This document shows positions 16,506 through 24,539 of a DNA stretch of 32,384 bases, in pieces. A program made the translations under genes and the position numbers. Below the pieces are notes generated by a model. The model had not been told where the DNA came from. It did no database searches and saw nothing but the letters and a program-made list of their open reading frames with translations. Location: contig SKNP01000165.1 in NCBI GenBank assembly GCA_007120485.1, positions 1 to 32,384 on the forward strand. Reading direction: 5' to 3'. Source of the DNA: Nitriliruptoraceae bacterium (GTDB lineage: Bacteria; Actinomycetota; Nitriliruptoria; Nitriliruptorales; Nitriliruptoraceae). Every line of letters begins with the position of its first letter. Position 1 is the stretch's first letter.

Positions 16506-17198
16506 TCACGTCGGGTCGTCCATCCGCAGCCGGTGGCTGATCACGTCGGTGGCGACGTCGTGGAGCGAACGATCAGCGGCGTAGGCGGAGGCGCGGAGCA
16601 CCGCCAGAGCAGCCTGGACGGAGATGCCGAGCTGCACCGACACCATCCCACTGGCCTGGTGGATCTGCGCGCTGTCGTCGACCTGCTCTGCGAGCAACCG
16701 ATCGAGGTCGTCCTCAGCCCCTCCGGCTTGCAGCGACAGGAACAGGTCGAGTGCGAGGCGCGCGATGACCAGCGCATCGGCGTACTGGTCATCGGTGAGG
16801 TCAGCGGCCCGATCCCGACACAGCGTGAGCGCACCGACCCGGACCGTGCCGCGGTGCAGTGGGAACGCGAACGTCGCCGCGATGCCCGCCCCGATCGCGG
16901 CCGGCCCGAACGCCACCCAGGTGGTGTCATTCGCGAGGTCGGGGACGAGGACCGGCACGCCGCGCTGGTACGCGAGGTAGGCCGGGCCTTCCCCGAGGTC
17001 GGCCTGCAACCGCTCGACACGATGGCCGAGGTCGTTGGCCGCGACGGTCTGCAGCTCACCGTCGCCGATCTCGAGCGCCAAGCCGACGCCACGGGCGTCC
17101 AGCAGGACCGATGCTCCCGCGCACAGGCGTTCCGGTAGCGGTGCCGGCGCCTGCCCCGCGAGGGCGTCGAGGACCCGGACGAGCCGATCACCGCGCAC
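16506..17198 (-). CDS. GAF + ANTAR domain regulator (second, divergent paralogue)
   Basis: GAF-like core (..GEGPAYLAYQRGVPVLVPDL..FAFPLHRGTVRVGALTLCR..). ANTAR region is IHQASGMVSVQLGISVQAALAVLRASAYAADRSLHDVATDVI. I start at GTG 17198 (VRGDRLVRVL) because GGAGGTG lies about 5 nt upstream. The track ORF extends to 17333. Confidence 0.7.
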   Translation of the reverse strand: MRGDRLVRVLDALAGQAPAPLPERLCAGASVLLDARGVGLALEIGDGELQTVAANDLGHRVERLQADLGEGPAYLAYQRGVPVLVPDLANDTTWVAFGPAAIGAGIAATFAFPLHRGTVRVGALTLCRDRAADLTDDQYADALVIARLALDLFLSLQAGGAEDDLDRLLAEQVDDSAQIHQASGMVSVQLGISVQAALAVLRASAYAADRSLHDVATDVISHRLRMDDPT

Positions 17199-17377
17199 CT
17201 CACACCTCCGAGGCACGGCATGGTCGTGCCGCCGCCGTACCGGTGCGAGCGATGATGGCATCCGATCCGAGCGTGACGATCGCCTGGTGGTGATGGGGCG
17301 CCGGGGACCGAAGCGCTGGCGAGTGACCATCACGAAGCTACACGGTCGGGCCCACCTTGCCCGCCAACGGGGAGCGC

Positions 17378-17779
17378 TCAGCTGCCGCCGGTCGGCAGCC
17401 CGGTCGACGCGAGTTCGTCGAAGCCACCGGCGTCGTACACCTCCTCGAAGCCGAGGTCGTCCATGACCTCGGCGGCCACGGCGCTGCGGTTCCCGGTCCG
17501 GCAGTAGATGACGTACGCGCCGGACGGGTCGAACCCGGCGATCCGATCCTCGAACCGCGGCGCCTGGATGTCGACCAGTTCGGCGCTGGCGAGGTGGCCC
17601 GAGGCGTACTCCTCCGGGGTGCGCACGTCGATGATGGTGAGGTCGTCACGGTCATCGAGCAGCGCGACGGCCCCTTGCGCGTCGATGACCTGCGGGCTGT
17701 CCTCGGCGGCCGCGGATCCGCTGCACCCAACGGCGGCGAGCAGCAGGGCGAGCGTCGCGAACAGGGTGGCTGACCGCAT
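17378..17779 (-). CDS. Secreted single-domain rhodanese-like lipoprotein
   Basis: Signal peptide with lipobox MRSATLFATLALLLAAVGC. Rhodanese fold with active-site loop YCRTGNRS. GGAGGGA lies upstream of the ATG. Confidence 0.8.
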   Translation of the reverse strand: MRSATLFATLALLLAAVGCSGSAAAEDSPQVIDAQGAVALLDDRDDLTIIDVRTPEEYASGHLASAELVDIQAPRFEDRIAGFDPSGAYVIYCRTGNRSAVAAEVMDDLGFEEVYDAGGFDELASTGLPTGGS

Positions 17780-17837
17780 GGGTCCCTCCGGTGGAGCCGT
17801 CGGGGTGGCCGGCTGGGCCGTTCATAGGGTACCGGAT

Positions 17838-17853
17838 ATGTCCGGACATTCTA
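17838..17853 (-). promoter_or_regulatory. -10-like TAGAAT (minus strand, 17853..17848) fused to the perfect palindrome ATGTCCGGACAT (17838-17849); candidate promoter/operator of the rhodanese gene
   Basis: Located in the only clearly AT-enriched stretch I noticed (17821-17856). The TAG of TAGAAT is also the GntR stop codon. Confidence 0.35.
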
Positions 17854-18597
17854 TGCGTCGGCGTGCGGTCCCGATGGGTCGTCAGCTCGCCACGAGCTGG
17901 TGTAGAGGAAGCGCTGTCCGCGCAGCAGGGTCACCCGGCACTCGACGGGCCGGTCACCGCGCCAGCCCAGTCGGCGCACCCGCAGGAGCGCTTCGTCCGG
18001 GTCGAGCTGCAGCAGCCGTCGGGCATCGTCATCGGCGACGATCGGCTCCAGCGACTCGTCGACCGCGCTCAGCGTGATACCGGCGCGGTCACGGAGCTCG
18101 TCGTAGAGGGCCGTCCGGCTGAAGTCGACCTCCAGGAGATGCCGGCCGATATCCACGGGCAACCACACGCTGTCGAGCGCGAGCGGTTCGGGGCCGGCGA
18201 ACCGCAGACGTTGGAGCCGCACCAGCTCGGCCTTCGGTGGTAACTCGAGCCGAGCCGCCGCGTCGGGATCTCGGTCACGCTCCAGCGCGAGCACCTCGGA
18301 GCGTTGCTCCAGGCCTCGCTCCTCCACCGAGCGGAACAGGCTGTAGAGCCCGCCGAGCGGCTGGGTCAGGCGCGCCTCGTTGAGGAAGCTGCCGCGGCCG
18401 CGGTGCCGGTCGACCAACCCACGGGCGCGGAGCCGTTCGACCGCCTCCCGAACGGTGTGACGGCTCACCCCGTACTGCTCGGTCAGCTCCTTGTCCGTCG
18501 GGAACCGCCCGGCGATGTCACCCGAGGCGATCCGTCGCTCGAGGTCGTCGAGGACCTGTTGCCACAACGGTCGGGACGGTCCGTCCGGCTCCGACAC
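17851..18597 (-). CDS. GntR-family transcriptional regulator, HutC/UTRA subfamily
   Basis: HTH region FPTDKELTEQYGVSRHTVREAVERLRARGLV with a UTRA-like C-terminal half. GTG 18597 has GGAGG 5 nt upstream. Confidence 0.85.
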   Translation of the reverse strand: MSEPDGPSRPLWQQVLDDLERRIASGDIAGRFPTDKELTEQYGVSRHTVREAVERLRARGLVDRHRGRGSFLNEARLTQPLGGLYSLFRSVEERGLEQRSEVLALERDRDPDAAARLELPPKAELVRLQRLRFAGPEPLALDSVWLPVDIGRHLLEVDFSRTALYDELRDRAGITLSAVDESLEPIVADDDARRLLQLDPDEALLRVRRLGWRGDRPVECRVTLLRGQRFLYTSSWRADDPSGPHADA

Positions 18598-18740
18598 CGC
18601 TGCCTCCGTCCTCGCTCACGCTCGTCACCCCACGACCGCCGAGCCTAACGGTCGTCGACCCCGACACCCGGTTCGGCTGCTCGTCCACCTCGACGTCGGG
18701 CGTTCGTCGTCCCCGACGCAAGGTGTGGCATCCTCCGAGC

Positions 18741-19523
18741 ATGGACCCGATCGTCTCCCCGGACTGGCTCCGCGGCCACCTCGATGATGTCACCGTCATC
18801 GACTGCCAGTACGTGCTCGGCGACCCCGACGAGGGGCACCGTCGCTACCTCACCGGACACGTGCCGGGGGCGACGTTCCTGAGCGTGGAACGGGACCTCT
18901 CCGGCAACGCCGGTGGTGGCCGCAACCCACTGCCGACGGACGACGAGGTGGTGGCGGTGGCCCGCCGCGCCGGTGTCCGCGACGACACGCCCGTGGTCGC
19001 TTACGACCAGGCGATGGTCGGCGGTGCCGCACGCCTGTGGTGGCTCCTTCGCCACCTCGGCAAGGAGGACGTCGCGGTCCTCGACGACGGGTTGGACGCC
19101 TGGGACGGCCCTCTGGTCACCGGCGAGGAGACCGCCGCGCCGGGCGATCTCACACCCCGCCCCCGTCGCGGGGACGCGATCGACGCCGAGGACGTCGCCG
19201 AACGGCTGCACGATCCGGGCCGCATCCTCGTCGACACCCGTGCTCCGGCCCGCTACCGCGGCGAGGAGGAGCCGGTCGACCCGGTCGCCGGCCACATCCC
19301 GGGGGCCCGGAACCTGCCGAACAGCCAGGCCGTCCCCGCCGCGCTCGTCGACGCGGACGAGGAGGTCGTCGCCTACTGCGGCTCGGGTGTCAGCGCCTGC
19401 GTGCTGCTGCTGCGGCTGGCCGATGCCGGGCGTGACGACGCCAAGCTCTACGCCGGCTCGTGGAGCGAGTGGTCATCGCTGGGCCTGCCCGTCGCGACCG
19501 GTGAGGACGACGCCGACGTCTGA
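18741..19523 (+). CDS. sseA: Thiosulfate/3-mercaptopyruvate sulfurtransferase (tandem rhodanese, SseA-like)
   Basis: Two rhodanese domains. Motifs YLTGHVPGA, GHIPGARNLP, active-site loop YCGSGVSAC, and C-terminal YAGSWSEW. Start is ATG 18741 (MDPIVSPDWL) or GTG 18723; neither has a clear SD. Confidence 0.8.
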   Translation: MDPIVSPDWLRGHLDDVTVIDCQYVLGDPDEGHRRYLTGHVPGATFLSVERDLSGNAGGGRNPLPTDDEVVAVARRAGVRDDTPVVAYDQAMVGGAARLWWLLRHLGKEDVAVLDDGLDAWDGPLVTGEETAAPGDLTPRPRRGDAIDAEDVAERLHDPGRILVDTRAPARYRGEEEPVDPVAGHIPGARNLPNSQAVPAALVDADEEVVAYCGSGVSACVLLLRLADAGRDDAKLYAGSWSEWSSLGLPVATGEDDADV

Positions 19524-19609
19524 CCGCCGCTCGGCACGATCAGGGGAAGCTCGCCTCGACCAGCCGACCGGCTGGTTGGGACGACCGGCGAACCTGGTGC
19601 CTCTCACGG

Positions 19610-20215
19610 TCAGCCGGACGGACGACCCGCCCGAACCAGCAGGTCGATGGCGTGTCGTTCGCCGTCGTCGGTCTCGACCGGCCGGATGATCTCCCGTGCC
19701 ACCTCGACGTCCAGACCCGTGCCGGCGAGGTCGTCGACGACCTCCTCGACCGTGCACAACAAGGTCGGGTCCGGCGGACCGCCGACCCCGTCGGTGAGGT
19801 TGCGCTTGGCGTGGGCGACCAGCAGGAAGACCCCGCCGGGACGCACGAGCGACGCCGCGAGCCGGTGGGCGTCGCGTACCTGCTCGCGCGGCAGTTGCAG
19901 GTAGGCGAGCAGGACCAGGTCCGCGGGCTCGAGCGACGGCGGGGCGGTGAGATCACCGAGCGTGCCAGTGAGTCGGACGCCGGCGTGGTCCGCCAGTTGC
20001 CGGGCCTTGTCGAGCGCGACGGAGGAGAACTCCACCAGCTCCACGTCCCAGCCCTGCTGGGCCAGCCAGATCGCGTTGCGGCCCTCGCCCCCGGCCAGGT
20101 CCAGTGCCCGACCCGGCGGCAGGTCAGCCAGCTCGGTCGCGACCGTGGCGTTGGGGCCCTTGGACCACACCAGCTCCGTGTCGCGGTAGCGCTCGTCCCA
20201 GGCGGCGGCGTCCAT
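19610..20215 (-). CDS. Small class I SAM-dependent methyltransferase (TehB/TPMT-like architecture)
   Basis: 201 aa. WDERY..W N-terminus, motif I ALDLAGGEGRNAIWLAQQGWDVELVEFS, then LVLLAYLQLP. Confidence 0.75.
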   Translation of the reverse strand: MDAAAWDERYRDTELVWSKGPNATVATELADLPPGRALDLAGGEGRNAIWLAQQGWDVELVEFSSVALDKARQLADHAGVRLTGTLGDLTAPPSLEPADLVLLAYLQLPREQVRDAHRLAASLVRPGGVFLLVAHAKRNLTDGVGGPPDPTLLCTVEEVVDDLAGTGLDVEVAREIIRPVETDDGERHAIDLLVRAGRPSG

Positions 20216-20412
20216 CAGCGCGGTCCTTGCGGTCGTGGCGAGGGCTGCCTCTTCCGAGCGAGGCGGGCTCTGACGGTCCCGACGCGAGGGTACGCCAGCA
20301 CGGTGGACTGCCCGACGGCCAACGATCCTTCCGAGCGCCGAGGGCCCCGCGTCGCCGGACGGTCCAGCGACTGACCCAGCTCGCGTCCCCCGAGGGCCCG
20401 ATGGGCGCGAGG

Positions 20413-21246
20413 TCAGGCCGGCTGCCGGACCGGTGAGAAGAACCCGGCGAGTGCTTGGGCGAGGGCCGCGGGATGCGTCAAGGGGGCGGCGTGCCCGGCA
20501 CCAGGGATCGGCTGCATCCTCGCAGCGGGAACGTGCTCGGCCACGTGCCGCGCGCTGCGGGTCATGAGCGGCTTGGCCTCCGATCCGTACAGCACCAGCA
20601 CGGGAGCTCGGACCGAAGCGAGCACGGCCGGGTCGTCGGCGGTGGGGCCTTCGTGCTCCACCTGTTGCTGGAAGAAGCTGAGCAGGTTCGGTACGTAGCG
20701 CCCTGCAGCCTCCAGGTAGCCGGCGTCCTCGGCCACGGCGATCTCTGCGTCGCTGAAGGGGAGACCCGCGAACGTGCGAACCGCCTCGGTCAGCCTGCCC
20801 TCGGCAGCCAACTCGCCCATGTGGGCGAGGGTGGCGCCGAACGCCGCCTGCTCCTGCTCATCCGTCAACGTCATGATCCCGGGTTCGAAGGCGGCAACCG
20901 CGGCCACCGCGTCCGATCGCGCTGCCGCGCTGAGTGCCAGGACGGCGCCGAGGGACCAGCCGACCAGTCCGCTCGGTTCCGGGATGCTGTCGATGTAGGC
21001 GAGGACGTCGTCGACCAGCCGTCCGAAGCTGAGGTCGGGGTGGTCGCCGCTGAGGCCACGGCCCCGCAGGTTCGGCAGATGGCAGGTGAACCGGTCGGTC
21101 AGGTGCGGGAGCAGCGCCTGCCAGTCGAGATCGCCATCGCCGATCCCCCCTTGCAGGCACACCAGGGGCGGCCCTTGGCCGTGCACGGTCCCGCCGATGG
21201 TCACGCCGTCGGTGGTGGTCACGTGGTGGGTGCGTTGGCTGTCCAT
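20413..21246 (-). CDS. Alpha/beta-fold hydrolase
   Basis: HGQGPPLVCLQGG oxyanion region, nucleophile elbow GWSLGA, and C-terminal GAGHAAPLTHP (His). ATG 21246 has GAGGAG 7 nt upstream. The track ORF extends to 21315. Confidence 0.75.
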   Translation of the reverse strand: MDSQRTHHVTTTDGVTIGGTVHGQGPPLVCLQGGIGDGDLDWQALLPHLTDRFTCHLPNLRGRGLSGDHPDLSFGRLVDDVLAYIDSIPEPSGLVGWSLGAVLALSAAARSDAVAAVAAFEPGIMTLTDEQEQAAFGATLAHMGELAAEGRLTEAVRTFAGLPFSDAEIAVAEDAGYLEAAGRYVPNLLSFFQQQVEHEGPTADDPAVLASVRAPVLVLYGSEAKPLMTRSARHVAEHVPAARMQPIPGAGHAAPLTHPAALAQALAGFFSPVRQPA

Positions 21247-21348
21247 GTGTGATCTCCTCACGTCTCCTGTGGTCATGCCGGTGACGATGACGCAGCAGCC
21301 GTCGGAGAGTGACACCCGACCGGGTACGGAACCGGTTCGCGGCGGGTA

Positions 21349-24120
21349 CTACAGGTTGCGACGTCCCACCTCGGCGGCGAGTCCCGCCCGTCCGTCGACG
21401 TCGACCTTGGCGTAGATGCGGGTCAGGTACTTCTTGACCGTGTTGACCGAGATGAACAGCCGTTGCCCGATCTCCGCGTTGGTGTGGCCGTCGGCGACCA
21501 GCCGGACGAGGTCGCGTTCGACGGGGGTCAAGGACGCCCAGCCGATCCGCGGGCGTTGCCGCTCACCTCGCCCGCGGCGGGCGTAGGCGACCGCGTCGGC
21601 CAGCGACAGCTCGCCCCCGGCGTCCCAACATGCGGTCGACTCGGCGTCCTCCAGCACCGCGTGCGCCGTGCGGCGAGCACGATCGAAACGCTCGGCCTGC
21701 GACGCGAAGCGGGCGATACCCGACCCGGTGTGGAACCGTTGCGAGGCGGCGAGCAGGCGCAGCGACCGATCCGGTTCGCCGTGGGCTGCGGCCACCTCGG
21801 CGATCGTCTCCAGCGCCGCGGCGGCCCCGACCCGATCGCCGTAGCCATCCAGGACCTCGAGGCTGTCGTGGGCCAGCTCCCACGCCGTGTCGAGGTCTCC
21901 GTCCTGTTCGGCCAGCACCGCGAGTCCGAGCGTCGACCGCCCCAGCGGGAGCGGCAGTCGTGGGTCGCTGGACAGGGCGCGGCTCGCCTCCAGATGCGTC
22001 CGTGCGTCCTCGTGACGCTGCTGGCGGTGTGCGAGTGCTCCCAGCAGCCACGAACCGAAGGCCTCCTCCCAACGGTCGCCGCTTCGACGGCCGATCCGCA
22101 CCATCTCCGCAGCCGTGCCCCGAGCGGTCTCGAGATCGCCGGACGCCTCGGCCGACAACGCGAGCCAGGGGCGCAACCACATCTGATAGTGAGACCCCTC
22201 CAGACCCCGTTCCCGCAGCACCGCGCGCGCCCTGGCCAGCTGGTCCCGCGCCTGGCGGTGATCGCCTTGCAGCACGGCCGCGGCTCCCAGCCCGGCGAGT
22301 CCGATCGCCTCCCACCCGGGACGTCCCACCTGCCGGGCGAGCTCGGCGGCACGTCCAGCGTGATGGCGTGTCTCGACGAGACGACCGGACCACACCGGCC
22401 ACAGCCCGAGGTTCGCGTGGGTGGCCGGCAGTTGGAAGGCGAGGTCGTTCGCTTCGCACACCTCGACGGCCTGCTCGAACAGGCGGAGTCCAGCGTCGAT
22501 CGAGCGGCTCAGGAACCACGCTCCCCCCGCGTGGGCCAGGACGAACGCGTGGGTCGACGCATCCCCGCACCGCTCGGCGACCTCCACCGCTTCCTCGACG
22601 TCGGCGTCCACCTGGTCGCTGGTCGCCCGCCCCAGCAGCGTCCCTGCCCAGGCCCGTCGACCCAACCCCAGTGCGAGCGCACCACCGACGTCAGCGGCAC
22701 GCGCCGCGTCGACCGCTTGGCTCGCCGAGCGATAGGCGGTGGCCGGCTCCCAGCGGGCAAGGGCCAGTGCCGCTGCGGTGGTCAGCCCCCGCACACGCAG
22801 GTCATCGGACGTCTGGGGGGCGGCGGCGTCGTGCAGCCGCCGATGCACCTCCGTGGACAGACCGTGCTCGGACCAGAAGCGCAGGATCGGTTCGGTGAGT
22901 CCGAGCATCCCCCGCAGGTCCGCGGACCGCACCGCCCCGTCCATCGCGGCCCGCAGGTCATCCAGGTCGGCCACGAGCCGAGCCATCCAGGGCTCCGGCT
23001 CCGCGCCGGTCAGCCCCGCCTGCGCCCGTTCGGCCAGCCCGACATGGAACGCCAGATGGCGACCCTGCACCCGGACGGGATCATCCAGCTCCGACAGCCG
23101 CTGCCGCGCGAAGATCCGGATCGTCTCCAACAACCGGTAGCGGGCCCTGCTGCGACGCTCGACGACCTGCACCATCGACTGCTCCACCAACCCAATCATC
23201 AGGTCCAGCACCTCGTCGTCGTCGATGTCGTCCCCAGCCACCACCGCCTGGGCGGCATCCAGCTCGAACGAGCCGGCGAACACCGACAGGCGCGCCAACG
23301 CCACCCGCTGTGCCTGATCGAGCAGCTCGTAGCTCCACGCCAGCGACGCCTCCAGCGTGCGCTGCCGTGCCGGCGCGCCGCGCACCCCTCCGGCCAACAG
23401 CCTGAAGCGGTCCGACAACCCGTCCGCGATCTGGCCCGGCGCCAGGGCCCGCACCCGGGCTGCCGCCAGCTCGATCGCCAACGGGACCCCATCCAACCGT
23501 CGGCAGATCTCCGCCACCGCCTCCGCGTTGCCGGCATCGATCCGGAACTCCGCCGTGACCTGCCGGGCTCGCACCTCGAACAACCGGGCCGAGTCCGTGC
23601 AGGCGACCGTGCTGGCCGACCCCGCATCGTCGCCGGGCACCGGCAGCGGCGCGACCTCGAAGGTCGCCTCACCCGCCACCGCCAGCGGCACCCGGCTGGT
23701 GGCCAGCACCTGCAGCTGCGGACACGCCGACGACAACCCGGCGACCAGTTGCGCACACGCCGCCACCAGATGCTCGCAGTTGTCGAGCACCACCAGCACA
23801 CGCCGCGCTCGCAGCAGTTCGGCCAACGTGTCGACCAACGCCTGCTCGGCTTGCTCTCGCACCCCCACCGTCGAAGCGACCGCCGCCACGACCATCGCGC
23901 CCTCGCTCACCCCCTGCAGATCCACCCACCAGATGCCATCGGCGAACCTCGACGCGACATCTCCGGAGACCTCCACCGCCAGCCGCGTCTTGCCGCAGCC
24001 ACCCGATCCGGTCAACGTGACGACCCGAGCATCCGCGATCAGCTCGGCCACCATCCAACGTTCACGCTCGCGACCCACGAACGTCGACGCCCCCACCGGC
24101 ACCCCGCGCTGCGTGTCCAT
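21349..24120 (-). CDS. LAL-type (large ATP-binding LuxR family) STAND transcriptional regulator: P-loop NTPase + TPR-like repeats + C-terminal LuxR HTH
   Basis: FVGRERE..VVTLTGSGGCGKTRLAVEV (Walker A), LVVLDNCEH (Walker B), a long helical repeat region, and C-terminus LTPVERDLVRLVADGHTNAEIGQRLFISVNTVKKYLTRIYAKV. The track ORF runs to 24450 across the tRNA gene. I start at ATG 24120 (MDTQRGVPVGASTFVGRE). Confidence 0.8.
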   Translation of the reverse strand: MDTQRGVPVGASTFVGRERERWMVAELIADARVVTLTGSGGCGKTRLAVEVSGDVASRFADGIWWVDLQGVSEGAMVVAAVASTVGVREQAEQALVDTLAELLRARRVLVVLDNCEHLVAACAQLVAGLSSACPQLQVLATSRVPLAVAGEATFEVAPLPVPGDDAGSASTVACTDSARLFEVRARQVTAEFRIDAGNAEAVAEICRRLDGVPLAIELAAARVRALAPGQIADGLSDRFRLLAGGVRGAPARQRTLEASLAWSYELLDQAQRVALARLSVFAGSFELDAAQAVVAGDDIDDDEVLDLMIGLVEQSMVQVVERRSRARYRLLETIRIFARQRLSELDDPVRVQGRHLAFHVGLAERAQAGLTGAEPEPWMARLVADLDDLRAAMDGAVRSADLRGMLGLTEPILRFWSEHGLSTEVHRRLHDAAAPQTSDDLRVRGLTTAAALALARWEPATAYRSASQAVDAARAADVGGALALGLGRRAWAGTLLGRATSDQVDADVEEAVEVAERCGDASTHAFVLAHAGGAWFLSRSIDAGLRLFEQAVEVCEANDLAFQLPATHANLGLWPVWSGRLVETRHHAGRAAELARQVGRPGWEAIGLAGLGAAAVLQGDHRQARDQLARARAVLRERGLEGSHYQMWLRPWLALSAEASGDLETARGTAAEMVRIGRRSGDRWEEAFGSWLLGALAHRQQRHEDARTHLEASRALSSDPRLPLPLGRSTLGLAVLAEQDGDLDTAWELAHDSLEVLDGYGDRVGAAAALETIAEVAAAHGEPDRSLRLLAASQRFHTGSGIARFASQAERFDRARRTAHAVLEDAESTACWDAGGELSLADAVAYARRGRGERQRPRIGWASLTPVERDLVRLVADGHTNAEIGQRLFISVNTVKKYLTRIYAKVDVDGRAGLAAEVGRRNL

Positions 24121-24365
24121 GGGCCCCACCCTGCCCCGGATCGCAGGAACGCGCCATCCCCTGCGCCCGCGCAGCCTTCCTTGGGCACGCGGTACAGCCC
24201 CGCCGACCGACGGGCGACGGCCGGTGCCGGCTACCGAGGGCACCGCGGAACGCACCCGCGATCGCGGACGCCCGGGCGGCCACACCCGGGCGGTCACACC
24301 CCGGCGGTCCCTCCACCCACGGTCCGCTGACGCCGGAGCGCCGGTCCGCCTGCTCCGCCTCCCCC

Positions 24366-24404
24366 GAAGAACGACGAGGACCCGGCGATCCGCCGGGTCC
24401 TCGT
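24366..24404 (-). terminator. Intrinsic-terminator-like hairpin just 3' of tRNA-Gly
   Basis: Perfect 14-bp stem ACGAGGACCCGGCG / CGCCGGGTCCTCGT (24374-24387 and 24391-24404) with a 3-nt loop. On the minus strand it is followed by CGTTCTTCGG, a weak T-tract. Confidence 0.55.
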
Positions 24405-24408
24405 AGCG

Positions 24409-24482
24409 AGCGGATGACGAGATTCGAACTCGCGACCTCCACCTTGGCAAGGTGGCGCTCTAGCCAACTGAGCTACATCCGC
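24409..24482 (-). tRNA. tRNA-Gly: tRNA-Gly (anticodon GCC), CCA not encoded
   Basis: The reverse complement reads GCGGATG TA GCTC AGTTGGCTA GAGC G CCACC TTGCCAA GGTGG AGGTC GCGAG TTCGAAT CTCGT CATCCGC T. This gives a clean cloverleaf with a 7-bp acceptor stem, GTTCGAAT T-loop and anticodon loop TT-GCC-AA. The next bases are CGC, not CCA. Confidence 0.92.
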
Positions 24483-24494
24483 GTGCAGCGGCGA

Positions 24495-24523
24495 ACGGTA
24501 ACCGGTCGCTGGCGACCGGGCAA
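24495..24523 (-). promoter_or_regulatory. Candidate promoter for tRNA-Gly: -35 TTGCCC, 17-nt spacer, -10 TACCGT
   Basis: On the minus strand: TTGCCC (24523..24518), 17 nt, TACCGT (24500..24495), then 12 nt to the mature tRNA 5' end. Confidence 0.35.
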
Positions 24524-24539
24524 ACCGTGCGACGAGGGC

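Noticed and set aside
17780-17845. ANTAR-type dual hexaloop hairpin in the rhodanese leader. I also looked in 16427-16505 and 17199-17377.
   Set aside because: The hairpins present (CCGG-ACAUAU-CCGG, GGCC-CAGCC-GGCC, GGCACG-N7-CGTGCC, and the 9-bp stem with a 3-nt loop) lack the paired hexaloops with conserved A1/G4 that I recall for ANTAR targets.
19560-19575. Hairpin CCAGCCG-AC-CGGCTGG after sseA, considered as a terminator.
   Set aside because: The stem is only about 6-7 bp and only TT follows. That is too weak to annotate as a feature.
20251-20337. 10-nt direct repeat cttccgagcg (20251 and 20328) in the methyltransferase-hydrolase spacer.
   Set aside because: It is short, has only two copies and has no associated structure. 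This is compatible with chance in GC-rich DNA.
21349-24120. STAND NTPase + TPR protein considered as an Avs/bNACHT-like antiphage sensor.
   Set aside because: It ends in a canonical LuxR HTH and has no effector domain, and no neighbouring defence genes are present. It fits the ordinary LAL regulator family.
24121-24450. N-terminal extension of the LuxR-family ORF. Analogous extensions are at 7242-7481, 10099-10746, 25131-25814, 8188-8274, 12658-12783, 28404-28628 and 2720-3079.
   Set aside because: The extensions run across the tRNA gene or upstream genes, are Arg-rich and lack homology-like sequence. Internal starts with Shine-Dalgarno sequences or stop/start overlaps give normal-length proteins.
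19610-24482. Possible genomic island integrated at tRNA-Gly (LAL regulator, hydrolase, methyltransferase).
   Set aside because: There is no integrase or recombinase. I could not find a direct repeat of the tRNA 3' end; only a 7-nt gatgacg match near 21285. Codon style does not differ visibly from the flanks.
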